This document shows, piece by piece, positions 40,313 through 50,290 of a stretch of 64,000 bases of DNA; position 1 is the stretch's first letter; each line of letters opens with the position of its first letter. The translations under genes and the position numbers were made by a program. The notes beneath the pieces were generated by a model. It did no database searches and was not told where the DNA came from. It saw only the letters and a list, made by a program, of their open reading frames with translations. The stretch spans positions 256,001 through 320,000 of the forward strand of contig CAVZVA010000003.1 of NCBI GenBank assembly GCA_963778655.1, read 5' to 3'. This DNA comes from an uncultured delta proteobacterium. GTDB lineage: Bacteria; Myxococcota_A; Polyangia; Polyangiales; JAFGIB01.

Positions 40313-40489
40313 TGCCTTGATGGCACCGTTTTCGGCCGCACTCGTGGCCGTGGTCGCGGCGACGCCGGACGAGGCGCCGCGGCAACTCGCTGCAGCCAGG
40401 CGGATGTGGGCCTGGCTCATCTCACCCAGCGTGCTGGATCTGGCCCGAGCTGCACCCGGCCCAATAGCCCCTTTGAACCGGCTATGCTC
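40313..40489. repeat. 177-bp dispersed direct repeat, copy 2
   Basis: Matches 37524-37700. Confidence 0.95.
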
Positions 40490-40503
40490 AGCTGGCGCGA
40501 CCC

Positions 40504-41187
40504 ATGCCGAAGATATTGCTCGTAGAAGACACCGTACGCCTGGCTGACTCGATCGTGCGCGGTTTGACCGAGGAAGGGTTCGTCGTCGAGTGGGTTGCCG
40601 ACGGCGGCGCGGCCCTCGCGAGCGCCGCGTCGCGCGATGTGGACGCGCTGGTGTTGGACCTCGGGTTGCCGGACCTCGATGGAACCGAGGTCTTGGCGGC
40701 GCTGCGCGGCGCCGGACACCAGATTCCGATCTTGGTGCTGACCGCGCGCGACGCCGTAGAGTCACGGGTGCAGGCCCTCGAGGCCGGCGCGGACGACTAC
40801 TTGGTCAAGCCCTTCGCGTTCGCAGAGTTGCTTGCGCGCCTCAAGGCGCTGCTGCGCCGTGCGGGTGCGCCGCGCTGGGCGCCGCTGTCATGTGGAAACT
40901 TGCGCCTCGAGTCGGATTCGTCCGCGGTTTCGATAGCCGGGCAAAGCGTGCTCCTGTCGCCGCGCGAACGGAGCTTGCTCGAGTTGTTGTTGCGCAGACA
41001 GGGTGAGACGGTGACGCGCCCCGAGATCCACCGCGAAGTGTTCGGGTACGACTTCGACCCGGGTACGAACGTGGTGGATGTTCACGTCGCGCACCTGCGG
41101 CGCAAGCTGAAGACCAGCAGCGCACGCCTCGAAACGATGCGCGGGCAGGGCTTTCGCTTGCAGCTCGGAGCGGCGAGCGATGAGTGA
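40504..41187 (+). CDS. OmpR-family response regulator
   Basis: ILLVED, LDLGLPDLDG, GADDYLVKPF, NVVDVHVAHLRRKL. Confidence 0.95.
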   Translation: MPKILLVEDTVRLADSIVRGLTEEGFVVEWVADGGAALASAASRDVDALVLDLGLPDLDGTEVLAALRGAGHQIPILVLTARDAVESRVQALEAGADDYLVKPFAFAELLARLKALLRRAGAPRWAPLSCGNLRLESDSSAVSIAGQSVLLSPRERSLLELLLRRQGETVTRPEIHREVFGYDFDPGTNVVDVHVAHLRRKLKTSSARLETMRGQGFRLQLGAASDE

Positions 41188-42301
41188 TCTCGGTAAGTCG
41201 CCACTCCGCCGCTCGCTGCGTGGGAGGCTCGCCTGGTGGATGCTTTCCTCCACGCTCTTCACGTTGGCGGTGTTCGCAGCCATTGCATACAGCCAAGTCG
41301 TGCTGGAATCCCGTGAGCCGCTCGGCGACGACCAGGGCGAAGCGGCCGGTCCCGTCCAAGACGCCAGCGAGCAAGTGTTTCACGCCATGCTGCTGGCGGC
41401 GCCGCTGTGTCTGGTGCTCTCGGTCGGCGGTGCGCTCTGGTTGAGCCGGCGTGCGCTCTCTCCGCTCACACGGGTGATCTCCGACGCGTCCGCGATGAGT
41501 CCGCGCGACCTGAAGAAGCGTCTTGCCGTGCCGGAGCACAACGACGAGCTACGCGATCTGGTGCTCGCACTCAACGGGCTGCTTGGCAGGCTCGACCAGG
41601 GCTTTCAGGCGCTCTCTAGCTACGCCGCAGCGGCATCGCACGAGCTGCGTACGCCCCTGGCCGTGATCGCAACCGAGCTGGAGGTTGCGTTGCGGCGCCC
41701 GCGCTCGCCAGAGGAGTGGCAATGCATCGCGGCGACATCGCTGGACGAAGCACGGCGCCTCGCCAAGCTCGTCGAGGCTCTGCTCGATCTCGCGCGGGCG
41801 GACGTGCCGTCGCAGGAGCCGCTGGAACGCGTGGACCTGTCCGAGTTGGTGGACCGAGCGCTGGCGGTTCAGGCACCGCGCGATCTCGAGCGCGTGCAGG
41901 GCGTGGGCGAGCACGCAGCAGTCTGGGTGAACGCGCGACCCGTGTTGTTGCTGAACGCGATTCAAGAGTTGGTGCGCAACGGCCTTCGCTACTCGCCAGC
42001 CCCGGGTGGGGTTCGCGTCACGATCGAGCGCACGGGTGTGTCTCGGGTTGCGCTGCACGTCGACGACTGCGGGCCGGGCGTCGAGCCGTCCGAACAGCTG
42101 GCGATCTTCGAGCCGTTCGTGCGCGGTCAGCAGGGCCGCGCTGCCGACCGGGACATCCCGGAAGGGCAGCGCGGCCTCGGGCTTGGCCTGGCGATGGTCA
42201 AACGCAGCGTCGAGAGTTGCGCTGGAAGCGTCCGCGTCGGTCGGGCGCCGACGGGTGGCGCGCGCTTTACGTTGCAACTAACGGCTGCCGAGTCCGAGTG
42301 A
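41180..42301 (+). CDS. HAMP sensor histidine kinase
   Basis: Two TM helices, ASHELRTPL, NGLRYS, GLGLGLA. Confidence 0.93.
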   Translation: MSDLGKSPLRRSLRGRLAWWMLSSTLFTLAVFAAIAYSQVVLESREPLGDDQGEAAGPVQDASEQVFHAMLLAAPLCLVLSVGGALWLSRRALSPLTRVISDASAMSPRDLKKRLAVPEHNDELRDLVLALNGLLGRLDQGFQALSSYAAAASHELRTPLAVIATELEVALRRPRSPEEWQCIAATSLDEARRLAKLVEALLDLARADVPSQEPLERVDLSELVDRALAVQAPRDLERVQGVGEHAAVWVNARPVLLLNAIQELVRNGLRYSPAPGGVRVTIERTGVSRVALHVDDCGPGVEPSEQLAIFEPFVRGQQGRAADRDIPEGQRGLGLGLAMVKRSVESCAGSVRVGRAPTGGARFTLQLTAAESE

Positions 42302-42314
42302 GTCGGATTTCCGC

Positions 42315-42626
42315 TCAATCCTTCTCCGTGTGCACGTCGACGATGACGCCGCTGTCGGCATCCACGTTGACCTCCTCGATCAACTTGCCCTTCTCGCCCT
42401 GCGGGCGGATCTCGAACGAATAGATCCAGCGGCCGCGCTCGTGCTCCAGCTCCTCGTCGACGACCGTGCCGGGCGCGCGCGCAAGCGCCGTGGCGCGGGC
42501 GTCGCTGAGGGCGATCTTGGCCTGATGAGTCTGGTGATCGCGCGCCAGCGCGGCGTTTGGACCGAAGCCGGTCGCGAGGCAGCAGGTGGCCAGCGCGACC
42601 GCGAATGAGGCAGAGACGTGTTTCAT
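42315..42626 (-). CDS. PepSY-domain secreted protein
   Basis: Signal peptide; ALARAPGTVVDEELE...YSFEI...VDADSG. Confidence 0.85.
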   Translation of the reverse strand: MKHVSASFAVALATCCLATGFGPNAALARDHQTHQAKIALSDARATALARAPGTVVDEELEHERGRWIYSFEIRPQGEKGKLIEEVNVDADSGVIVDVHTEKD

Positions 42627-42857
42627 AGGGGCGTTCTCCTGGCGCCGAGGGTGGCGCATGTCTATCAGTCTGGGTCTCGCCGGCGCCCCTGCACGTTAAG
42701 AGATCATGAAGACGCCGTGCTTCCGGACACCTCTACCAGCTCGAACGCGAGGGCGCGCAGCCTGCTAGGCTTGCTGTTCAAGGCCCGTCTTGAACGGTAA
42801 TCAAGAGCGTGGTAGCTGCGATCCGCGTGCTGCGGAGTTGGCGCAGGTGACGGAATC

Positions 42858-43415
42858 TTGGGCAGGACCAATCTCGAGCTTGGCCGTGAGGAGAAGCGCG
42901 ATGAAGTCGTGCGGGCCGCCCGTGAGCTCTTCGTGGAGCACGGCTACGAGGCGACTTCCATGCAGCGCCTTGCCCACCAGGTGAACGTCGCGCCGAACAC
43001 GCTCTACTGGTACTTCAAGGACAAGGACACGCTGCTGGTCACGGTGATGAAGCAGGTGGTGGCCGAGGGGCTCGAGGAATACGAGCGCCGGAAACGCAGC
43101 TCACTGGAAGCCCAGCTGCGTTGGCTGTTCGGCATGTTCTGGGAAATGCAGAGCCTGGTGGCCACCGTGCATGCCCGCGCCCAGCTCTCCCCGGAGGTGC
43201 GAGCCTGGCACGAGACCTTCCACCAGATTCTGGAACAGGCCGTCAAGGCGGAGCTCCGCTCGCGCGGCCTCGCGGATGGACACGAGGCCGCGGCGGCGCG
43301 ATGCATCTCCTTCGTCACCGAGGGGATTGTCGCCCACCAGAGCTCGAAGGCGGAACAGCGCCGCATCATCAAGTGGTTGGTGTTGCTCGTGGAGCAGGAG
43401 GTCGCGCAGACATGA
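42858..43415 (+). CDS. TetR/AcrR regulator
   Basis: LFVEHGYEATSM..LA..VNVAPNTLYWYFKDK. Confidence 0.9.
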   Translation: MGRTNLELGREEKRDEVVRAARELFVEHGYEATSMQRLAHQVNVAPNTLYWYFKDKDTLLVTVMKQVVAEGLEEYERRKRSSLEAQLRWLFGMFWEMQSLVATVHARAQLSPEVRAWHETFHQILEQAVKAELRSRGLADGHEAAAARCISFVTEGIVAHQSSKAEQRRIIKWLVLLVEQEVAQT

Positions 43416-44125
43416 GCAACGACCGACCCGGGGCTACACCCAAGGCCGTCTACGTTCGCGTCGACACCGTCGAGTCGCGGGTGTCCGAGGGGCACTCGAG
43501 GACTTCTCGCAAACGGTTGTTGGCGAGCGAATCCCTGGAGATCGAGCAGACCAGGATCGCCGGAAGCGGCGATGGCGAGGACTATGGCGTCCACGCGACG
43601 GTTCGCCTCGCCTATGTCCTGCACGGTCGAGGTGTCCTTCGGCTCGATGACGCCGACAGCACGTTTGGCACAGGCGATCTGATCGTCGTGCCGGCCGGGG
43701 TCCGATGGGGGCGACAGCTGTCCATTCAGTCCGATGAGTTGGTCATGCTCGAAATCGCTGCGCGGTCTCACGTAGGCGAAGCGATTGCGACAGGCGTCAG
43801 GTCCGTCGAATCGCTCCGGGTAGTGAGGCCGGGGGATGTCGAGCCCTACGCGCCAGCGGGCCACGCCAAGACGACCAATCGCTGCCTCTTTGTCGACGAC
43901 CAGCTCGAGGTGATCGAGGGGTTCATCGAGCGCGGAGGCGGCGCGGACAGGCACTTCCACCAGCACAACGAACAAGCGCTCTACGTGCTGAACGCGCCCG
44001 ATCCGCTGCTGATTCACTACCCGCCGCGCGCCCCGCATGGGACCGGTGGGGGCATCACCGATCCGCTCGAGCTGCTGGTGATCTACGCGCCACCGCTGGG
44101 TGAGTCGCAGAACGCGCTGGGCTGA
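43412..44125 (+). CDS. Cupin-domain protein (bicupin-like)
   Basis: YVLHGRG...GDLIVVPAG; HFHQHNEQALYVL...PHG; ATGA overlap with TetR. Confidence 0.75.
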   Translation: MSNDRPGATPKAVYVRVDTVESRVSEGHSRTSRKRLLASESLEIEQTRIAGSGDGEDYGVHATVRLAYVLHGRGVLRLDDADSTFGTGDLIVVPAGVRWGRQLSIQSDELVMLEIAARSHVGEAIATGVRSVESLRVVRPGDVEPYAPAGHAKTTNRCLFVDDQLEVIEGFIERGGGADRHFHQHNEQALYVLNAPDPLLIHYPPRAPHGTGGGITDPLELLVIYAPPLGESQNALG

Positions 44126-44136
44126 GGGTCTAGGGC

Positions 44137-45667
44137 ATGGCCACATTGCACGACTCGCTCTTCGGCACCGCACGGCGATTCCCCGATCGCGTCGCGGTTT
44201 GCAGCCAGGCCGAGGAAATGACCTTCGAGGCGTTTGCCTTGCGTGTGGAGCATCTGGGCGGTGCGCTCGAGTCGCTGGGCTTGAAGAAGGGCGACAGGAT
44301 CTCCCTGATCTCCCGGAACCGCGCCGACTACCTCACGTATCACTTCGCGACCTCCATGATGGGCATTGTCCTGCATGTGATGAACACGCGTCACGTGACC
44401 CGGGAGTGGCTGTGGGCCATGAACGACGCCGGCAGCAGCGCGCTGATCGTGGACGAGACGCACGCTCACGCAATCGCGGACCTGCGCGCGGGATGCACCG
44501 GTCTGCGCTTCGTGGCGGGCATAGGCACGGTGAGCGGCGCGGACCATGCAACGGACGCGCTCGTCGACGCCGGCCGTACCCCGCGACAACGCCCCCGCAT
44601 CGCACCCGACGACCCCGTGATGCTGATCTACACCAGCGGGACGACCGGCTTGCCGAAGGGGTGTCTGCAGACCCAGCTCGGCTCCACGACCATCGATGGC
44701 CTGACCGCCGACGCCGTGCAAGCGACCGAGCGGGATGTCTACATGGCCGTCATGCCGTACTTCCATCAAGCGGGGATGATCCGGTCGCGAGCGATCATGC
44801 TTCGGGGTGGAGCCAACGTCGTCCCGGAGGATCTGAACATCGAATCGGTCGCGGACCTGATGGTCGAGAAGGGCGTGACCGTGACCATGTTGGTTTCCGC
44901 GAAGCAGAGCCTGACCCTGCTCGACAAGGCGACGAACCAGGGCCGCGACTTCACTTCCCTGCGGCTTCTCATCAGCGGGGGCGGGACGGGCCGCAAGACC
45001 ATGAAGGGGCTGAAGCTGATCTGCGACACCTTGGGTTGCGACTTCATGGGGATCTGGGGACAGACCGAATGCACGGGCCCCGTAACCGTCGTGCACGGCG
45101 CGACTGCGTTCGAGAACCCGTTCACCTGTGGTCGGCCCATGCCAGGCATCGAGCTCCAGGTCTGGAACGACGACAAGCAGGTCCTGCCGGCGGGCGAGAT
45201 CGGTGAGATCATGGTGCGGTCGGACACGACGGCCCACTACTGGAACAACCCCGAGGCCAACGCCGCGCTGTACACGGGGCGGTGGCTGCATACCGGCGAC
45301 CTTGGAAGGCTGGACGAGCGGGGCTACCTGTACTTCGAGGGCCGCAAGAAGGACCTGATCAAAACCGGTGGAGAGAACGTCTACCCGCTCGAGGTGGAGA
45401 CCGTTCTCAGTGAGCACCCGGCCGTCCGCGAGGTGGCGGTCATCGGCCTGTCGGATCCCGAGTGGGGCGAGGCGGTGGCCGCCGTGGTGGTCTCGGTGGA
45501 CGGCAGACCCGTCTTCCCCGCCGAGCTGAGGGAGTTCTGCCGCGACAAGATCGCGGGCTACAAGAATCCCGCGCAGGGTCGAGACGGTCACCGAGATCCC
45601 CAAGAACGAGACCGGCAAGGTGCTCAAGGCAGCCCTGAGGAAGCGGTTTCAGGAGCAGGAGCACTAG
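44137..45667 (+). CDS. AMP-dependent acyl-CoA synthetase/ligase; +1 frameshift near 45565
   Basis: YTSGTTGLPKG, WGQTE, HTGDLG, TGGENVYP; removing one A restores YKIPRRV...PKNETGKVLK ending at TAG 45665-45667. Confidence 0.9.
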
Positions 45668-45678
45668 AGACTGAAGCC

Positions 45679-45975
45679 ATGTCGAACGACAAAGTCGTCA
45701 TCACCTGCGCCCTCACCGGTGTGCTCACCGACCCCGCACGGTTCAACGTGCCGGTGACGCCCGAAGAGATGGCCGACGCGGCCCAACAGGCCTACGACGA
45801 GGGAGCGAGCGTCCTGCACACACACTTCCGGGCGCAGCAGCCGGGCGCGGGCGCCTTTCCCACCTGGGATCCAGAGGAAGTGGGCGACATTTTGGGGGCG
45901 ATCCGTCAACGCGTGCCGGAGATGCTCATATGCATGAGCACGGGCGTCATTGGGAAGAACATCTCGGGCCCTTGT
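45679..45975 (+). pseudogene. 3-keto-5-aminohexanoate cleavage (BKACE/DUF849) protein, 3'-truncated
   Basis: KVVITCALTG, VPVTPEEMA, GASVLHTHFR, STG; similarity lost after about 100 aa. Confidence 0.8.
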
Positions 45976-46064
45976 GGGCATTGCATCGTGCTGCCGCCGA
46001 GCACGGAGGCAACCTCACGCGAGATGTTGCGCCTGGCGGAGCCGAGCTCGGAACGGGAAGCACC

Positions 46065-46570
46065 ATGCACGTCGAAGTGAAGACCACCTTGGGCAGGCTG
46101 CGCGGGGCGCAGCGTGAGGGGCACCAGGCATTTCTCGGCATCCCATACGCGGCGCCGCCGACCGGGCCGCACCGCTTCGCCGCCCCGGCGGCTGCCGAGG
46201 CGTGGAGCGGCGTGCGCGACGCCTTCGCCTTCGGCAAGAGCGCCCCGCAGCCGGTCACCGGGGGCGTGCTTCCCGTGGGGCCTCAGGACGAGGATTGCCT
46301 CTTCCTCAACGTGTACACACCCGCCGCCGACGGCGCGCGGCGGGCAGCGGCCCCGAAGCCGACGGCCTTTCTGCCCGCATGATGGACGCCTGGATCGCCT
46401 TCGCCCGCACCGGCGATCCCAGCTGCGACGGCAATGGTGCGTGGCCCGCGTACGACCCCGCGACGCGACCGACCATGGTCTTCGACGCCAACAGCCGCGT
46501 CGAGCATGGGCCCTTCGAGGAAGAACGGGAGCTGTGGGCCAGCCTGCTCGACGACCCGGGGCCCATCTGA
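46065..46570 (+). pseudogene. Carboxylesterase with a large internal deletion
   Basis: N-terminus FLGIPYAAPP...EDCLFLNVY joined near 46342 to C-terminus MMDAWIAFARTGDP; GESAG core absent; paralogous to 21517-23058. Confidence 0.85.
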
Positions 46571-46925
46571 TCATCTGACGGTAGCTGGCAGATGATCTGG
46601 ATCGATCCCTCGTCGACCAAGGCGTTCGCCTTGGAGGGCAACGCCGACTGGGTCGCACAGACGGCGCGACGGCGGATCTCGATGGTCACCCTCACCGCGG
46701 CGGACGTACGGGCATGGATCATTCTCCCCCGACCGTTCTACGGGACCTCGTAGGCACGGCGTCTCGTCTCGGCTTGATCGCGCTCGTCGGCTGGCGGCGT
46801 CGAGGTTCAGCGGTGGTGTGACTTGCGCCGTGACCGCCACGGTGCGCAGGCCGCCGGCCATCGACGGCGCGACAGGCAATCCCTCCGCGGTCGAACTGCG
46901 CTCGATCTCGTGATCACGACCACGC

Positions 46926-47417
46926 TCAGCGGCCGCGACGACTCTTCCTCGCGGGCGGATCATCGAAGAACATGGGAGCCCCACCAGCGTTCGCGCCGGC
47001 CTCGCGGACCACCGCGGCCAAGTCGACGCTCAGTCGGCGCAGGCGGGCGCGTGGTAGCGATCGCAGCGCGCGCGCTAGCCGCGCCTGAAACGGCTCGTGC
47101 GCGCGCCCCAAGAGCCCTTGGCCTCGTGCCGTCAGGGACAACGCGCTGCGGCGACCGTCTGCCGGATCGCGACGGCGTGAGACCAGGCCTCGGCGGACGA
47201 GCTTCGTCACCACGACGGACACGGAGCTCGGATCCGTGAGCGTGCGTTGCGACAGCCGGCGAATCGAGATCCCGGGCTCCGCCGCGAGCTCCCGCAGCAC
47301 GAACAACTGTGCGCCGCTGATGCCGAGCTCGCGCTGCACCGAGTGCGCCGTTGCTCGCAGGCCGCGTACGATGCGCCTGAGGCTGTCGAGCACCTTCGCC
47401 GCCTCCTCAATTTGCAT
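46926..47417 (-). CDS. MarR-family regulator
   Basis: ISGAQLFVL, SSVSVVVTKLVRRGLV.R.RDPADGR, LTARG. Confidence 0.9.
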   Translation of the reverse strand: MQIEEAAKVLDSLRRIVRGLRATAHSVQRELGISGAQLFVLRELAAEPGISIRRLSQRTLTDPSSVSVVVTKLVRRGLVSRRRDPADGRRSALSLTARGQGLLGRAHEPFQARLARALRSLPRARLRRLSVDLAAVVREAGANAGGAPMFFDDPPARKSRRGR

Positions 47418-47536
47418 GGGATCCCATGTATCATGAAGGGACGAGGCGGAGAACGACGGAAGCCTCGCCCGAGTGACAGGTTCCGTCGGACCGCGGTAGC
47501 GTGCGCGAAGACGCACGGGACACAGGAGACGACGAT

Positions 47537-48532
47537 ATGAGCCAGGAACCAGGAATGGGGCGTCGAGAGCTGTTGGGAGCGGCCGCGATGGGAGCGCTCG
47601 TCGCGGCATGCAACCGTCCGGCGGCGCCCGCGACCCCCGCGCCCGCACCCGCCGCCGGGCCCGGACCGGAGCCGGCCTCAATGCCGAAGGGCAAGGCCCC
47701 GTGCCCCGAGGACTTCGCGGTGGCCAAGCCCGCCGCGCCCTATCAGGCCGGCCGGGTGGTGCCGTTCGCGCTCGAAGCCCGTGAGGGCGACGCCGAGCGC
47801 ATCCAGATCTCCGGCGACCGCAGCTACCAGTCCATGAATTTCAACGGTCAGGTGCCAGCGCCGACTCTGCGGGTCACCGAGGGCGACAAGGTCCACGTGA
47901 CGCTGACGAACAAGGGCGTGCTGCCGCACTCCATCGACTTCCACGCCGCCCGCACCCCGTGGAGCAAGAACTACCAATCGATCAATCCCGGCCAGAAGCT
48001 GGAGTTCGAGTTCGTGGCCGAGAACCCGGGGGTGTTCCTGTACCACTGCGGCACCCAGCCGGTGATCATGCACATCGGCGACGGGATGTACGGCGCGGTG
48101 ATCGTGGACCCGAAGACGCCGCGCCCTCCGGCCCGCGAGTACGTGATCGTGCAGGGCGAGTTCTACGGCACCGGCCACGACACCGACGCGATGCTCAACA
48201 AGCCACCCGACGTGGTGGCGTTCAACGGCCAGGGCTTGCAGTACACGAACAAGCCCCTGCCCGCGAAGGTCGGCGAGCCGGTGCGGTTCTTCGTGGTCAA
48301 CGCCGGCCCCAACGCCACCTCGGCGTTTCACGTGATCGGCGGGCTGTTCCACCATGTGGAGCTCGACGGCAACCCGAAGAACGCGCTCGGAATGTGCCAG
48401 ACCGTCCCGGTCCCGCCCGGGAGCGGCGCGCTGTGCGAAATCGTGTTCGACGAGCCCGGCAAGTACCCGTTCGTGACCCACAAGTTCAACGATGCGACCA
48501 AGGGGGCGACCGGGATGCTCGAGGTCAGCTGA
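47537..48532 (+). CDS. nirK: Copper-containing nitrite reductase-like two-domain cupredoxin, Tat lipoprotein
   Basis: GRRELL Tat motif and AAC lipobox; HSIDFH, YHC..PVIMHIGDGM, SAFHVIG, YPFVTH. Confidence 0.75.
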   Translation: MSQEPGMGRRELLGAAAMGALVAACNRPAAPATPAPAPAAGPGPEPASMPKGKAPCPEDFAVAKPAAPYQAGRVVPFALEAREGDAERIQISGDRSYQSMNFNGQVPAPTLRVTEGDKVHVTLTNKGVLPHSIDFHAARTPWSKNYQSINPGQKLEFEFVAENPGVFLYHCGTQPVIMHIGDGMYGAVIVDPKTPRPPAREYVIVQGEFYGTGHDTDAMLNKPPDVVAFNGQGLQYTNKPLPAKVGEPVRFFVVNAGPNATSAFHVIGGLFHHVELDGNPKNALGMCQTVPVPPGSGALCEIVFDEPGKYPFVTHKFNDATKGATGMLEVS

Positions 48533-48748
48533 CCGCGGTCGCCCACCCTGCGGAAGTCCGGACCGGGGGCAGCTGCGAGGGAGGGGAGCCGAGGTCGAGG
48601 GCATGTTCCGCTGGCGAGCCCGGGGGCTGCGTGGCCATCGTGACCACAGAGCCTGGCGCGCGCGCCTCGATTCCGAGCACGATTCCGGGCGATTCCGCCC
48701 TGCGCGCGTGGCAAGACCCACGGCACGGCGGTTGCATCAACTCCACGC

Positions 48749-49477
48749 GTGGCGCTCAAGAAGTCGGTGAGGTTGCCGGTGCATCCGGAGCGTGTCTGCT
48801 GGGGCTGCGATCGCTATTGCCCAGCGAATGATCTCGCGTGCGGAAATGGCACCATTCGCACACAACATCCCATGGAGTTGTTCGGACCGGACTGGGAACG
48901 GCTCGGAGGCGAGCCTCAGCCCCCGCGTTCCGAGGCGAAGCACCCGGAGGCCATCCCGATGCAGAGCATCACGTGCTACTTGACGGCCGATCACGCTCGG
49001 CTGCACGAGTTGCTCCAGCGAGCAACTCGCGGACAGCAGCTCGACCAGCAGGCGTTCGCGGCCTTTCGGGCCGGGCTCCTGCGTCACATCGGGATTGAAG
49101 AAAAGGTGCTGTTTCCCGCAGTGCGCGCCGCGCTGGGCGGCATACGGTTGGATGGCACGCTCGAGCTCCGGGTCGATCATGCAGCGATCGCCTCGTTGCT
49201 CGTGCCGACCCCTGACCTCGCGCTGGCTCACGAGCTGGCGGGATTGCTCGAACGCCACGACGCCGTCGAGGAACGTCCCGAAGGCGTGTACGAGCAGTGC
49301 GAGAACATTCTGGGTGAGATCCGCGCGCTCGCACTTGGGCGACAAGCACAAGACGCCCCGGAGGTTCCGGTCGCACCACACTACGACGGACCGAACGTCC
49401 ACCGAAGCGCCAAGGCGGCGCTCGACGCCGCGCGCCGGGCTTCGCATCGCCGCGCCGCGGGACCCAGGTCAAAGTAG
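48749..49477 (+). CDS. DUF3079-like Cys-rich domain fused to hemerythrin-like domain
   Basis: HPERVCWGCDRYCP...CGNG..RTQHP.ELFG.DW, then DHARL, RHIGIEEKVLFP, DH, HDAVEE. Confidence 0.75.
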   Translation: MALKKSVRLPVHPERVCWGCDRYCPANDLACGNGTIRTQHPMELFGPDWERLGGEPQPPRSEAKHPEAIPMQSITCYLTADHARLHELLQRATRGQQLDQQAFAAFRAGLLRHIGIEEKVLFPAVRAALGGIRLDGTLELRVDHAAIASLLVPTPDLALAHELAGLLERHDAVEERPEGVYEQCENILGEIRALALGRQAQDAPEVPVAPHYDGPNVHRSAKAALDAARRASHRRAAGPRSK

Positions 49478-49790
49478 CCCCGGCGCCGAGCAGGCGGGGA
49501 AACCGTGAGGCGCCGTCGTGTCCACTATTCGATCGAACCGCTCCATCATGGCAGCCGTCAGGTGGCTGGTACGGTCGCTGATCCAGGCCCAGCCGTAGCC
49601 GGCGCGCGGACCCCAGATGACGAACGTCGCACGCGCATCGTGGAAGCGGAGGCGCTCGACATTCGCAGACTTCGAGAAACGCACTGCAGGGGTGACATTG
49701 GTCCCGACCCTGCAGCGCAATCGATGGTGGAGCTCCCTCGCCGCCATCGCGACGCGCCTCGCAAACGCCCGCGCGGGACGCGTTCACAGC
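49470..49790 (-). pseudogene. Tyrosine integrase C-terminal remnant
   Basis: RFHDARATFV (HxxR box) and WISDRTSHLT..MMERF (degenerate GH...Y box). Confidence 0.7.
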
Positions 49791-49892
49791 GTGGTGAGCC
49801 GGACGCCCGCGGACCGGAGATTGTCCAACACGCTTTCGAAGCCGTCTTCGCGCGGCCGCTCTAACTTCCGGCGACGACTGTGAAAACAACCC

Positions 49893-49936
49893 GGTGGGTC
49901 ATCTCGGATTCGAACCGAGGGCCAATGGATTAAGAA
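49893..49936 (-). repeat. att-like repeat: 3' half of tRNA-Lys(CTT), copy 1
   Basis: Minus strand TTCTTAATCCATTGGCCCTCGGTTCGAATCCGAGATGACCCACC holds the anticodon loop part, T-arm and acceptor 3' strand; identical to 61557-61600; no 5' half. Confidence 0.85.
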
Positions 49937-50290
49937 AGCGGAACGGGGGTCCGGAAGCTCCCGGAACCACTGAATTTCCGCAGGAAACGGGGGGCGCGAG
50001 TCCGCGATCGTCCCCCCTCGTCGAGACCACGGCCCAATCACGGCCCAATCAGGACCCGGTCGAGGCGGCGCTCGCGGACGCGCTCACGCGAGCCTCGGCG
50101 GCCGGCCGGTGGGACGTGGTCGCGATGCTCGCGCGCGAGCTCCAGGCCCGGCGCGAAGCGAGTGCCGGCGTGGTCAATCTCGGGGCTGTCCGCACGCGAC
50201 TCGGAGAACCCTGAGAATCGAGGCCGCTCATCGAAAGCGACGGGGCCGCAGCCTGCGGCCGGTGTGCGCGTGGCGTGGTATCGTATCCCA

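Noticed and set aside
44137..46080. Natural acyl-CoA ligase-BKACE fusion of 647 aa
   Set aside because: It is produced by a +1 shift at about 45565; the true ligase end with PKNETGK lies in another frame and stops at 45667.
49893..49936. Functional tRNA-Lys gene (also at 61557-61600)
   Set aside because: Both copies lack the 5' acceptor strand, D-arm and 5' anticodon stem.
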